DNA from: Haliotis cracherodii
Lineage: Eukaryota
Length of the DNA stretch: 64,000 bases
Direction: 5' to 3'
Assembly (NCBI RefSeq): GCF_022045235.1
Contig: NW_027266297.1
Location: 37,324,001-37,388,000 of the forward strand
A program made the translations under genes and the position numbers. The number at the start of each line of letters is the position of its first letter. Positions within the stretch are counted from its first letter, which is position 1. Shown in pieces: positions 23,421 to 37,990 of the stretch. Below the pieces are notes generated by a model. The model was not told where the DNA came from. It did no database searches and was given only the letters and a program-made list of their open reading frames with translations.

Positions 23421-25326
23421 ATGGCTGAACTTGAAAAAGAATCCCTGTCAGTCCAATGCACTGAGACCAACTGCCATTCAGGCAAGGATGTCCTGGCTGC
23501 CATTGCTGGGCTGACTGACCATCAGATCCTCCCCGAGGAGGTCCAGAATCTGTATGATGATGTCCAAGAACTTGTCCAGAAGAGCTGTGTGAAGGACGAG
23601 TACGTCAATGACCTGAACCTGAAGATAAATCGTCTGGAGAAAGAAAACAAGGATCTGAGACAGACCGTGAACAGCTTCAGTCAGAGTCCAGGGAACATCA
23701 GAAGCATGGGGTCAGGTTGTGATAATGTTGATGAAGATAATCGGGTGGATCAGGACATCATCCAGAGCCTGCTCCTGAAGCTGGGGAATTTGGGTAATGA
23801 GAACAAGGAGCTGCGTGAGATGTATCTGAGAGTGGTGGAGAAGAATGATGTGATGGAGGGAGTTGCCCGGCAGTGTGCTGATCTACAGGAGTTGAACTCC
23901 CAGCTTCAGCAGGAGGTTGAAAAGGTTTGTGTTATACTCTTGGTTTTGGGGTGATCCAGGAATGAGGGGCACTGGTGGCCTAGTAATCTAAGGCACCGCA
24001 ATTCACTGTGCAGAGTTGGGTCCTTTGGACAGAGTGTAGAAAAAACTTTGGGTATACATGCATTATACCAGACAACAATCAGCCATGTTTGTTTGATGCT
24101 ACTAATAAAGTATTTTGTATCTACTTTGGTAATTAAACATTTCATTTGCTTACAAAAACATTTAATTCAGGCCGTTGTGTGGGGGCAAGCCCCCAAACCC
24201 ACTGTTATAGCGAGGCAACAAAAATGGCGTCTGAAAAATAGAGAAACCATTACTAAGGAATAAGCTCGTGCACATCCCTTTTTGAAAGTAAAATTTGATT
24301 GAATAATTGAATTGGCTTTAATGATATGTTTGCTTGAGACTCTCAGTGCACATTGTGTCCACACTCAATTTTTTTGCTCTGGCATTGTGAATGATACATG
24401 TATGTACATATGTATAAATAGTTGGCAGATATGGTTTTGAGAGTAACATACTATGGACATTGTCTTGGAGTTTGTGAGTTTGTGACAGCCATGTTTTGCT
24501 GTAAGAGATCTCACCTCATTTTCTTTTCCTTTCGGGTATTGACTGAGCTCCTTGCTTATTACATCCCTCTGAAGATTGGAATTGGTCTTCACAATCCATG
24601 CTTGTCTTAAGAGGCGACTAATGTGATTTAGAGGTCAGATTTTCTGACTTGGTTGATGTATGTCATTGTACCCCAATTTTGTAGAACTATGCTCATTGAT
24701 GTCAATTATTGGATTGTCTGGTCCAGTGTCACTCCAGATTAATGTTTACAGACCACTGTCATACAACTGGAATATTGCTGAGTGTGGCGTTAAATGGCAA
24801 ACAAACAAATAAACTTAAAACATACACTTGTTGCCTTCAGCTGCGGTGGGTGGAGACTCTGTACGACCAGAAGGAGAGGGAGTGGGAACTCAGCCAGAAG
24901 AAGACACAGGAGCTGCAGCGACTCCTCAACATCCTCAAGGACAACACCCAGAGATCCTTCAACACTCCCCAGTCTCCTCTCACAGAAGAGGACTACCCTT
25001 ATGATTCTAGTATTCATCTCCAGGAACAGGCCATGCGTCCTTCAAAACGTGGCCGATTTGTGATGGAGAAGAGTTGTCCATACGAGTGTTCCAAGTGCTC
25101 CAAGTTCTTCCCATCCAAGGAGGTTTCCGAGGAGTCCACGTGTTGCTACCACCACATGAAGCCTGTGAAGGCCATCCTGCGACGTGGAAGTGGCACTGTC
25201 GATCCTGTTAGTTCCCCTGACTGGTTTTGGCCATGTTGTCAGAAGATTGGAAGAAATGCGGTAAAATGTGTTCAAAACACCAGTCACAGGTTCAACGTTG
25301 ATAGTGGTAAAAATCCAGAGAGGTAA
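23421..25326 (+). CDS. Uncharacterised 329-aa coiled-coil protein with a C-terminal Cys/His zinc-binding motif (CHORD/Btk/REXO1-like)
   Basis: Exons 23421-23924 (acceptor ttacag before 23420, donor AAG|gtttgt, phase 0) and 24841-25326 (ttgccttcag|). GC-richer coding-like composition. Probable non-coding first exon ending 21937 (ACG|gtaagc). Confidence 0.8.
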
Positions 25327-27710
25327 AATTAATTTTGGATAATTAGATGACGATCAGCTCCTTGAAGCTGCTGCTGAATCTGCTACACATTATGTAAGGC
25401 TGTCTCAGTGTGACATTTACCACTTTACATATACATGTCCGTATCAGCTGAAGGTGATGTATACATGTACCTATTGATTGTCAAATACACACATGTACAG
25501 AATGTACACGATCTACAGCTACCAATCAACTGGAAAGTACAAATTATCATGTTATTATAAGTCATGAGTCCAGATTCACAAAGGGATTGTAGCGCTATGA
25601 CTGTTTAAACTTACTATGGGAGTTAAAACGGCAATTCCTTGCCAAAAAATAACATGCCAAGCAGAAGCAAGTTTTATTTGCCAGTCCTGAAAATTTAGGC
25701 AAGATTATCAATCCCTAATCATATGTTATTGATCATGGGTAAATAAAACAGTTCAGTGACAATATTTATGTCATAGTTACAAACCTGCCATAGAGTGATT
25801 TTATACTAGTTCAAATCAAACCAAATCCAAATGTGATAAAGTTTATCGTTTTTATATTTGTTGCCAAAGTAAGACAAACACACTTTCTGCATGTATGTGC
25901 CTTTCTAGGATGGTGCTGTGATAGCTAGAGCTGTTTACACATACTGAAGTAGATCCAAGTCTTTAACCATACATGTTGCAAAATACAGTCTAACACCGTT
26001 ATGTCGAACTTTGATGTGTCCAACTTACGGTTTTGTGACATGAAGGGACTCTGTGACAAGTGAAATCTTGACACTTTCATATATTTGAATCTTATTCTAT
26101 CATCAAAAGTCAATCACAACTTTTTTAGGTAAAGTGAAATCAAACTAACAATGGCCTTAGTTAGAACTGTTGAACTACGTACAGTTCGAAAGTAGTCTTT
26201 TACCATTTATTCTCATACCATGTGTGTACATCCATTTTACACATTCTTAGGTCACAGCACCGAGTTTGTTATTTTGATCCTGGTGTACAACAATGGTATC
26301 CCGATAGATACTTCTACAAAGACACTTATGAAACAGTGCTGCTCGATCTCTGACAACAAATTTAAACTTGTTGTGTATGTTTTTCATAAGCGTCCCCCAT
26401 TGTCGTTTTTCTAAGCACCCAGGCGCTTTATACAAGATAAGGTAAATGATAAATAAATTTTGGAACTATCATGGCAGATTCCAGGGATTTATCTGGAACT
26501 GCTAAGGGGCTGATATTCTGCCCAATTCTACAGCTAATGTCACTAACATTCCGAAATTGGAATTAAAAATTTCCCATTTCATGTTATCATTATGAACATG
26601 ACAACTGCAGTAACAGTTTTGTGGAGTCACATGCTTGTTACTGATTACAGGACCCGTACATGATGAAGAGGCTTGAATGCTTAGTTATACCTTATTGAAC
26701 TGAATGGAATGAATAGTAAACAACAATGTTAATCACCCCTTCATTTAAGAAAATAAAAACTTCAAAATATCCCAATTTTGAAAAAAAAAAAATTTCTCCC
26801 CAATTTACCTCCTAAGAATATGTTTTCATATGAATAACATTTGAAACTTGAAAGATTGAGAAAACGCATGAAAATTATCAATGAGATATGCCTATTGCAA
26901 GCCTGTTCAGCAATGATTTTATGAAGATCATTGCTCCCAGTAAGCTGAATACAGCGAGTCCCTGCTGTCCCACCTCCATGTTGAACCACACCTTAGTTTT
27001 CCTGTATCATGTTGTTGTGAAGATGGAACCAAGGTCAGTTTGGTCCTCTTGTATAATATTACATTTACATCATTGTTATGTGTGCGTGTTATTCTCTTAT
27101 TAATGCTTATGTAGTATGTGTGTGTTATTTTAGGCATTGATGGAGATTTAATTTTTACTTAAACCAAGTCATATCGGTTGTTATTTTAGTTAAGCTTTGA
27201 TGGAGGCAGGGCTATAGATATTTTCCTCCACATTGAGACAAGTCTGATAAACAATAATTGTAAATGAATACTCAAACATGGGTGTATTTCTAGATACATA
27301 CCAACATATATACTCTTGCCTGTTTGTATGCGCACAAATTTCCACATAGTTGTCACAGAAATAAACTCACAATAATCATAACTCCCAATAATAAGTACAT
27401 TTTGGGGGTTCAAAATATTGAGTTAATCCTTACACTGCTCGCATTGTCAGGAGGCACCAAGAATGAGCTTACTCCACTGTGCCCATGTGGGGAATTGAAC
27501 TCAGATCATAGATTTGATCAGCCAATACATTATCCACTGCCCCTGAAGACAGCATATACATTAACAGCGTATATTGGGATGAGGGTATAAATATCTACTC
27601 AAAGTGGTAAACATCCTTGATTGTCTGGTGTATAAAATCTTCATTCTGTTAACATGATTAAGACCCTGGAGCCATCAGCTACCATAGTTTTTACCATAGC
27701 CCCATTCGTA

Positions 27711-30700
27711 TAGCACAAAACTTGAAATAATTGTCCAGTTAAATTGATCTCACAAGTGAGAAATCATCTGCGTTGACTTCAGGTAGGAGTGATGGAGGTG
27801 GCTACATCTATTCTGAAATGAAGCCTTCGTAGCTAGTGTCTTCATGGTATTGATCACTATAGAGTTGATGAGGATGAGAGGTAGAGTGAATATCTAAGGC
27901 TCAACATACTAACTTAGTACTGCTCACTTGGACAAGATACTATTAAATTGTTTACAACTTTGCATGCGATGCAATCATGACAATAGATTGTTTTTGTTTA
28001 TTGACAATGACAATCACAAAGTTTTAAAACTATTTATTTTCTTAGCCAAACGAGATTGTGCCAACTCCCTTTTTGTGACGTAATAATGTACATATTTATA
28101 GTGCGCCAGATCAACACCCTAAAGCATGCTCAAAGTACTCCATTATTACCCTGGTCAATGGATCAGTGTGAACTTGAATTACTTTCTCAGTTCCCTGGGG
28201 AGTATACTGTTAGTTAGGGTGTCTTTAGTTTCAGTATACGGTGTCATATTAGGTTAGCAGAAAAATATTGAGTGAGGTGTCCATCGAGCCCAATATTTTT
28301 CTGCTAACCTAATATGACACTGTATATGGAAACTAAAGACACCATAACAAATTTATTATGCTGGAAAGTTAACACTTTTTGTTATCTTTGTCGCACGTCA
28401 TGTCAAAACTTAAAACTCAAAACTTTACACTTACAACCTAAGACGTTAAGGGTTTTCAAACCTCAAGAGGCCAAACCTTGTTGATAATTTTAACTTTATA
28501 TAATCTTTATTGAAGTCACGAACGTGATCCAATAAAACATTAATGTCCTTGAACATCAAAATTAATGATACAAAACACAAAACAGTGTCGAATAACAAAA
28601 TTTATGTACCTGAATTTTCATGTGAAATTTTTGAGGTGGATGTTAGAAAATCCAAAATGGCTGTTACTGATGGTATACAGTCTCATATTAGGTCTGTAAC
28701 AACCATCTTGGATATTTACTGATGGCATACAGGCTCATTGGTTTAGTAGTTCTGCTCTCTGATTGGTCAAACTCACTTTGAGGCATAATAAAACCTAACC
28801 TGCCTTTTAAGGCGCTGTAATACTGTCACGGTCTTCATTGGATGAACAGAGACATATTTTGTACAGTCTCTTGCCTAACTAGACACCACATGTAACGTGT
28901 TTCAGTGTGGGGTAGGACCAAAGCCCTAGACACTCTCAGGAGTCAAGCTTGCTAAACACGGTCACCCATTCACATACTCTCTGCAACCAATATTGCTTGA
29001 CTGCCTGATTTGTGGTCTGTGTGCTGTACATGGCACAACAATTATGTAATTATTTTTTTTTTATCCATGATTTTTTCTTCTGCTTGAATGTTGCAATAGA
29101 TGCTCAAATGTTGTACACTTATAAAATGTTCCCATTGGATGACAAGTTGTGATGGTGCTTGGTTCAGAAGTCCTTGTGTATGCTTTCATCAAATGCAAAT
29201 TATTTGTTACTCACATGTACAATTATTTATGTTTGATTTTGTTTTTTACATTCAATATTACAAATATGCTAAGTAGCATTTCCATTCTTTGCATAATAGT
29301 AATATATATATGAAAAATCCCTTTTCATTCATATTTCACAAGGTGCTTCATTTTGCATAGAAAGTGGTAATGATGTGTTGTTAAGATATATCCATTGATA
29401 TATTCTGTATATGGCAATTAGTACTGTCAACTTATTTTGTTCAGTAATATTAATGTACATTTTACCCTGCATTTTAAGTTTTCAATGATTATTTATCAGA
29501 TGGATGACATTTCGCTCTTTTCTCAATAATTGTTATTTTATCATGTGCATACAAAAGACAGTATTTTGTTTGAAAGAAATGGTTTTGAAGTTTTCCCTCA
29601 CAAAGACTTTTTAAAGAGCCATTGTAGATACATGTACTTACAAGCTTTATTTTTGACCATATGTTACTTTTTACGTTTGATGAATAAATTTAGTTTTAAA
29701 ATAAAACTGTTCCGAGTCATGAATAGAAAATGAAACCTGCTATTTATGCCTTCAGTACACATGCAAGTGTGTTTGTTTCATGAACATAAATTCAGACTTG
29801 AAAAATGACTTTAAAACATGGATAGGCATATCTTGTGCCATACACTCTCGTAAGAGTCTTTTCACAACATGTAACAGTCTCCCTGTTCCATTCTACCACA
29901 GAATTGTACAGGGAAGAACTATCAGTGGCCTGGCTTGAAAGACAAAGAAAAGACCTGTTTAGTGTTTGTAGTAGGTTTATTTGGTGTTTGGTATTCATCA
30001 CAGCAAATACAATAAACATTAATCTCCCAGTCAATCATCATTCACATCTTCCAATACACCGACTGGCAGTGAAGAAACACATTCATCAGACAAAATAGTG
30101 TACAAGCAGAGTTAGCTTCATAACCAACCTAATGGAACTGATACAGCATATAGTTCAGCAGAGTTAGCACAAAACTTGAAATAATTGTCCAGTTAAATTG
30201 ATCTCACAAGTGAGAAATCATCTGCGTTGACTTCAGGTAGGAGTGATGGAGGTGGCTACATCTATTCTGAAATGAAGCCTTCGTAGCTAGTGTCTTCATG
30301 GTATTGATCACTATAGAGTTGATGAGGATGAGAGGTAGAGTGAATATCTAAGGCTCAACATACTAACTTAGTACTGCTCACTTGGACAAGATACTATTAA
30401 ATTGTTTACAACTTTGCATGCGATGCAATCATGACAATAGATTGTTTTTGTTTATTGACAATGACAATCACAAAGTTTTAAAACTATTTATTTTCTTAGC
30501 CAAACGAGATTGTGCCAACTCCCTTTTTGTGACGTAATAATGTACATATTTATAGTGCGCCAGATCAACACCCTAAAGCATGCTCAAAGTACTCCATTAT
30601 TACCCTGGTCAATGGATCAGTGTGAACTTGAATTACTTTCTCAGTTCCCTGGGGAGTATACTGTTAGTTAGGGTGTCTTTAGTTTCAGTATACGGTGTCA

Positions 30701-32621
30701 TATTAGGTTAGCAGAAAAATATTGAGTGAGGTGTCCATCGAGCCCAATATTTTTCTGCTAACCTAATATGACACTGTATATGGAAACTAAAGACACCATA
30801 ACAAATTTATTATGCTGGAAAGTTAACACTTTTTGTTATCTTTGTCGCACGTCATGTCAAAACTTAAAACTCAAAACTTTACACTTACAACCTAAGACGT
30901 TAAGGGTTTTCAAACCTCAAGAGGCCAAACCTTGTTGATAATTTTAACTTTATATAATCTTTATTGAAGTCACGAACGTGATCCAATAAAACATTAATGT
31001 CCTTGAACATCAAAATTAATGATACAAAACACAAAACAGTGTCGAATAACAAAATTTATGTACCTGAATTTTCATGTGAAATTTTTGAGGTGGATGTTAG
31101 AAAATCCAAAATGGCTGTTACTGATGGTATACAGTCTCATATTAGGTCTGTAACAACCATCTTGGATATTTACTGATGGCATACAGGCTCATTGGTTTAG
31201 TAGTTCTGCTCTCTGATTGGTCAAACTCACTTTGAGGCATAATAAAACCTAACCTGCCTTTTAAGGCGCTGTAATACTGTCACGGTCTTCATTGGATGAA
31301 CAGAGACATATTTTGTACAGTCTCTTGCCTAACTAGACACCACATGTAACGTGTTTCAGTGTGGGGTAGGACCAAAGCCCTAGACACTCTCAGGAGTCAA
31401 GCTTGCTAAACACGGTCACCCATTCACATACTCTCTGCAACCAATATTGCTTGACTGCCTGATTTGTGGTCTGTGTGCTGTACATGGCACAACAATTATG
31501 TAATTATTTTTTTTTTATCCATGATTTTTTCTTCTGCTTGAATGTTGCAATAGATGCTCAAATGTTGTACACTTATAAAATGTTCCCATTGGATGACAAG
31601 TTGTGATGGTGCTTGGTTCAGAAGTCCTTGTGTATGCTTTCATCAAATGCAAATTATTTGTTACTCACATGTACAATTATTTATGTTTGATTTTGTTTTT
31701 TACATTCAATATTACAAATATGCTAAGTAGCATTTCCATTCTTTGCATAATAGTAATATATATATGAAAAATCCCTTTTCATTCATATTTCACAAGGTGC
31801 TTCATTTTGCATAGAAAGTGGTAATGATGTGTTGTTAAGATATATCCATTGATATATTCTGTATATGGCAATTAGTACTGTCAACTTATTTTGTTCAGTA
31901 ATATTAATGTACATTTTACCCTGCATTTTAAGTTTTCAATGATTATTTATCAGATGGATGACATTTCGCTCTTTTCTCAATAATTGTTATTTTATCATGT
32001 GCATACAAAAGACAGTATTTTGTTTGAAAGAAATGGTTTTGAAGTTTTCCCTCACAAAGACTTTTTAAAGAGCCATTGTAGATACATGTACTTACAAGCT
32101 TTATTTTTGACCATATGTTACTTTTTACGTTTGATGAATAAATTTAGTTTTAAAATAAAACTGTTCCGAGTCATGAATAGAAAATGAAACCTGCTATTTA
32201 TGCCTTCAGTACACATGCAAGTGTGTTTGTTTCATGAACATAAATTCAGACTTGAAAAATGACTTTAAAACATGGATAGGCATATCTTGTGCCATACACT
32301 CTCGTAAGAGTCTTTTCACAACATGTAACAGTCTCCCTGTTCCATTCTACCACAGAATTGTACAGGGAAGAACTATCAGTGGCCTGGCTTGAAAGACAAA
32401 GAAAAGACCTGTTTAGTGTTTGTAGTAGGTTTATTTGGTGTTTGGTATTCATCACAGCAAATACAATAAACATTAATCTCCCAGTCAATCATCATTCACA
32501 TCTTCCAATACACCGACTGGCAGTGAAGAAACACATTCATCAGACAAAATAGTGTACAAGCAGAGTTAGCTTCATAACCAACCTAATGGAACTGATACAG
32601 CATATAGTTCAGCAGAGTTAG
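27711..32621. repeat. Apparently exact 2454-bp head-to-tail tandem duplication
   Basis: 27711-30167 matches 30165-32621; identical ORFs offset by 2454 (29530/31984, 29792/32246); 3-bp TAG overlap at the junction. Confidence 0.95.
28208..28792. mobile_element. Hairpin-bearing element inserted in a SINE (second copy about 30662-31246)
   Basis: About 53-bp inverted arms 28218-28270 / 28291-28343; the host SINE sequence resumes at about 28795. Confidence 0.65.
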
Positions 32622-35600
32622 TGGGTGTTTTATGTTGCTTGAAGCGTATTCCAACAGCCACAGCAAACCAAGATTAAGCTCCATGAAACTGTGCGTAGCC
32701 CATGTGGTGCATGAAACCCGGGGGGTCTGCGGCATGGCAAGCAGTGGGTGGGGAAGGGGTAAGATATTACACCTGTTTAACCAGTACTGCAGAAAATCAT
32801 GATGTTTGGTTTGGTTTGTTTGTTGTTTAACGCCGCACTCAGCAATATTCCAACTATATGATGGCAGTCTGTAAATAAACGAGTCTGGACCAGACAATCC
32901 AGTGATTGACATCATGAGCATCGGTCCACGCAATTGGGATACAATGACATGCATCAACCAAGCCAGCGAGCCTGACCACCCGATTCCGTCAGTCGCCTCT
33001 TACGACAAGCATAGTCGCCTTTTAGGGCCCCGGATCTTCACGGGTCAAAATGGACACTAAGAATAAGATTTACTTATCGTAGAGGATGCCAACCCTCTTA
33101 ACTGGTATTCTGGATGCAGTATGCAGGATACCATGCAATGTTGATCTGGTATGCAGATGCCAATATTTTAATGCTGAAATATATTATTTGCGTCTTATTT
33201 CTTGCAAAGAGTGACAAATCAACAGTCTTTAACCCTAAGATTATAAGTACACATGACCATGCATTCTATGTGAAAATCCCAGTCTAATATAACAATACCC
33301 ACAGTATACTGATAAGACTTAAGAATTCTTAAGTTGCATGCCAAATCGTATTGTACCCACGTGGGGAAGGGGACCTGGCCTGCATGATCAATAAATACTT
33401 TTAACCATAAAGCTAAGTAAGTAATCCACATTAATGTTTCTAGCTCCAGCTAAATAGCTATTGATAGGCTAAACAATGTCTGCTTGGATACATAGAAACT
33501 TGATTCCTATCATAATTGTCCAATAGACTCCAGCTACATATTGTTAACAGTTAATATTCACATGCAAAATAAACACAGATCATGGTTCCTGTATGTGGAA
33601 AGAGTGAATGTGCCCAGTGAATTATTAATATTATTCTGTCATATACTCTAATAAAGTGTGGAACTTTCAAGAAATTTATTATAATGCTGTTTTAACTGAT
33701 GGAATGTATGGTATTGCTAGCTTATTCCAAGTTGATCTACGTACCATCAATAATAGTAATAGCAGGGTGTTAATAATGAGGAATTTGTATTTAACTACTC
33801 TGTGAATGCCATTCAGAAGATAGCAACGAGGTAATTGGTGACATGGCATTGCAAGGTTTTATATGACAACTGAACAAAAAACATATGGGGAATGCTTCAA
33901 ACATTATTGGTCCTATGCCTTGGCTACAAGTACTATTCACAAGGGTAGTGTTGTTCTTCACATACACATACGGGATCTAAAGGACCTCAAACAATATCTC
34001 ATTTACATTCTGGTTGTCAGTTTGGATAGAGGGGTAAGAGAGACCAAGTGAAACTAACTGCAGATGTTCCCCAAAACACAAGCGAGCCCTGATGCTGACA
34101 AATCAAGCAGCACAACTGGATTGTGGTACCCAAGGGACACAACTCTGCAGAACAAACTACAGTGCATGATACAAAGAAGGAAGATACGTGCGTTTGTGAG
34201 TGAGAGTGGGAATCAGGGTCAACACTATTTATAACAATATATTAGTCCTATCATGGTGGTCCATTTTAGTGCTCATACAGGTCATTTGGTCGCTTTGACA
34301 CACCAATGATGAAAACAGCCTAACCTGATATCAATGTGACACAACTAGTACACCAGACTTTGTCCCTTTGGACCACTAGGCAACTCAAGTTCCCATAAGG
34401 AATATTGTTAAGTAATCATGAAAACTTTCAAAGATATCACTACCTTCCACTATTTGAAATAACTTGTTGGACAATATTTTTGGTTTTCTTAGCAACATTT
34501 AAGACCATTTTAAAGTAGGATGAGGACATTGCAGGACAGCATTATGATGATTAATATGGCACTGGCAACTAAGAGAGCTGTTAGACTAAGGGAGGTAACT
34601 GTTAATGTTACAGCTATTTTAGCCCATACTTACTAGGTCAGGATGAGACCATACCAGTGGACCTCCATGTCAAGCAAGGGGAACTGTCAACTCTTATGTT
34701 GAATCCATACAAGGCGCATTAGGAGTAGTGGTATGCAATGATAACTGACAACAAAAGCAGGACTTTTGACTGGATCAAAGACGGAGAGAGCTACAATTGT
34801 TGCAGATAGAGTGAGCCATTCTGTCATTTAGAATAAAGGTAATAGCCTTGACATAATGAAGTGGGGACAACAAGATGCATATTCTTTGTACTAAATTCCT
34901 TAATGGAAGCAAAATATATCAGACTTTTCTTACCAGAACATGTTGATATTCTAGCATGATCACAATGGAATATGTTCTGTCCAGAACAGACACAAACTTG
35001 TTGATAAACGAACCCGAACATGTGCGAAGTGAGTGAGAACTTACGGATACACCTTCTGATACACCTAACCAAACTTGTTCCAACTGTGTGGGTCTATATG
35101 TGTTCACTGATCCAAGTTAACCTTCCCTGGCACTGTATGGCCATATGCTAGAGCTTTGCCGTCTCAGTCACTAACTCCCAGACAATCACACAGAGAAAAA
35201 GAGGGCCAGAAGAAGGCGAAACAAGCCAACAGCTGAAAATCTGAAAACATGTCTCTAAAGTGATCACTAAATTGCTACTCTTTCCAGAGTGAGTGAATTT
35301 TCCTCTATGCTGCATTAACCTTTATGCAGCCACATACATTCATGGACAGGTCAATAATGATATGGTGTTGATTAACAAGTGCAGATAGTCATCAATAACA
35401 TGCACAGTTGGCACCAATGGTGCTTCTCCCCAACCAGAAATGTCTACAGGAACTGTATGGACCGCTGACTCAGTAAGTCATTGATGCAGGAACTTGTGGT
35501 GACCTAGTGTAGATGTGAATACACGTTTTGTAACTTATGGTTTAGGTAGAGTAGTAAATGAAATATCACTGTGACATATCACTGTGACATATTCTGTCTT

Positions 35601-36718
35601 ATCACTGGGGCCCGGATGACAACTGTCTGGCTCTTGACATTTGTACATACAACCATGGCTTCCATTCAAATAACATTAAGGCAATCACTGGACTCTATGG
35701 TATTGAAATCATTTTACAATAACCTTAAGTACAAAATAAGAGTCATGTTAAATAACATGTTAGTATGTCATCTTTCATTAGCTTTGCCAATCAATGTAAA
35801 ACATTGTTTCAGTTATGGGTGTTAAAATGCAAGGCTTCAACTCAACTTTCTCAATAACTGATGACCTTTGCACAAAGTGTTCATCATTTATTCTACCATG
35901 AATTTGGAAAATACTCGATTTTGAATGGTCGATCAGAGGTTTCAAATCACAATGACACCCTCTGATTGAAACAGCCAATTTGATGTCTGCATCACCATGG
36001 AAGCAGATATTTTTAGAATAGTACTGCTTTTACAGTTACTTTTTACTCGATTATTTATAGGCTGCAGTCATATGGCTGTAATATTGCTGACTATGGTATA
36101 AAATAACTAATTAGAAGGTAAAGGTTATGTGTTTTCAGTGTAGGGATAGGTTACCTGTAGATATAACTGCGCTAAATTTAACATTTGAAACCTCATGCTG
36201 TACATTCATTTCCACGTTCAATTTAGCGAGGTTACATCTCTAGGTAACCTCTCTTGTAAGTAAACATACTCAACTTCAGTGTTTGAAATAATTCTGAAAC
36301 TCAACAAGACAGTCGGGCAGGGGGCTTATAAGTGTTGCCTGCCCATCTCCACAGTGACCTGCTCTCATTCAGACATTATAAATACTGAAATATCGCGAAA
36401 AATAAGAGACAAATTATGTCTTGTTTCAGTTAAAGTAATGCAAACAACTACTTCAGTATCTACAAAGAGTTATAATAAAACTGAATACGTAATCTTATAA
36501 TTATCTGCTAAACAGTCGGACAGGTGGAGGAAAATGTTACTAGCCACGGGCAGGGGGGCAGACAGTTATTTTTATCACTGCTCAACATACAGGAAATCCT
36601 ACTTCACATTTCTGTTCAAGGAGAAGCACGATTGATATTGAGGTGGAAATGTTGACAATGTAAGTGGACAAGTGATATCAAACAGTTCAAGACATGATAA
36701 TTTACTTTAAGCATGTTC

Positions 36719-37386
36719 AGGCCTTATGTTTTTATTAGTTGGTTTACAACAATTTCGGCATAAAATCAATGTAGGTGGTAAAAAAAAATCCTTCCAAATT
36801 AATACAGCCACTATTGCTTGAAAAACAAACAAGAGTTAACGTATTCGACTCAAAATTAGAATTAGGGGGCTCTTATTAGAATATTATTTTGGTAAAAAAA
36901 AAAAAACAGAGTTATAAAATAGTAAATTTCATGGTTTATGCTGACAGCCTGAAATGCTTATATACGACATATATTTTTCCAGAATTTAATTGCCCTTGAT
37001 TAAGGGTGCATATAACACACAAGTGCGTATTATACACAAATAAATAAGCCTTGTGTACATTAATCGATGGGAAGGGGTGCTAATTGGGATTGTTCACTAG
37101 GCAATATATTAACAAATATCGCCGTGGGCGCTTATTACGTCGAATATACGGTAATATGGCAAGATACTGAAATATAATTAATCAAGACTTTTGGGTTAGA
37201 ACATAGATTTTTAGACATTTTATTCAACATTTGTATGAACAGAGGTGATAAAATATTGCGTTTTTTTTTTCATTTTACCTAATCACTAGTAGTAAAACAA
37301 AGTGGGCCTGAAATGTTTTGGGTGAAAAGTAATTTGTTTTTCTTGTCGGTCGGTCTTGTAAACCAACTAAAAAAGATATAAGGCCT
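36719..37386. mobile_element. MITE with about 30-bp TIRs, containing a nested repeat related to 15045-15215
   Basis: aggccttatgtttttattagttggtttacaa ... ttgtaaaccaactaaaaaagatataaggcct. Confidence 0.7.
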
Positions 37387-37820
37387 AAATATATATACAA
37401 TATTCAGCATCATTCGGGTTGTGCTATGCATATGCAAATATTACAAATATACAGTTCCAACTGGACTACAGATACTAGCTTCATTCAGATATACGCTCAT
37501 ATGTGACTTTATTACAGAACAATTTGATTACTTGAACTATGTAAATAGACCATAAGTCAAAATAATAACAAACACTTTATTTATAAGTTATCTCTAACAT
37601 GTATAAATACAAATTAAGAAATATTCACAGACATACTACCCTTCATAAAGATCTTATCTTTCTTAAAAAGAAATTATGACCATAACATCGTTTTCTTTGG
37701 TATGTACATAATAATCAACAGACGAGAGCTTCAGTCTGGTCTCAGTACTTAATCTTCAGTTTACAAATGTTTTGTGACAAGTCTCTGAATAATGGCTGAT
37801 ATCCTATAGTACTCAGAAGC

Positions 37821-37990
37821 TGAGCGAGTGAGTGAGTTTGGTTTTACGCCGCTTTTAGCAATATTCCAGCAATATCACGGCGGGGGACACCACAAATGAG
37901 CTTCACACAATGTACCCATGTCGGTATTCGAACCCAGGTCTTCGGCGTGACGAGCGAACGCTTTAACCACTAGGCTACCTGACCGCCCCC
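37821..37990 (-). mobile_element. SINE family A, full length, TSD agaagctga
   Basis: Near-consensus copy with a flanking direct repeat. Confidence 0.9.

Noticed and set aside
33050-36700. Short ORFs in the intergenic region between the duplication and UBE3C
   Set aside because: No coding-like composition, splice chain or motif
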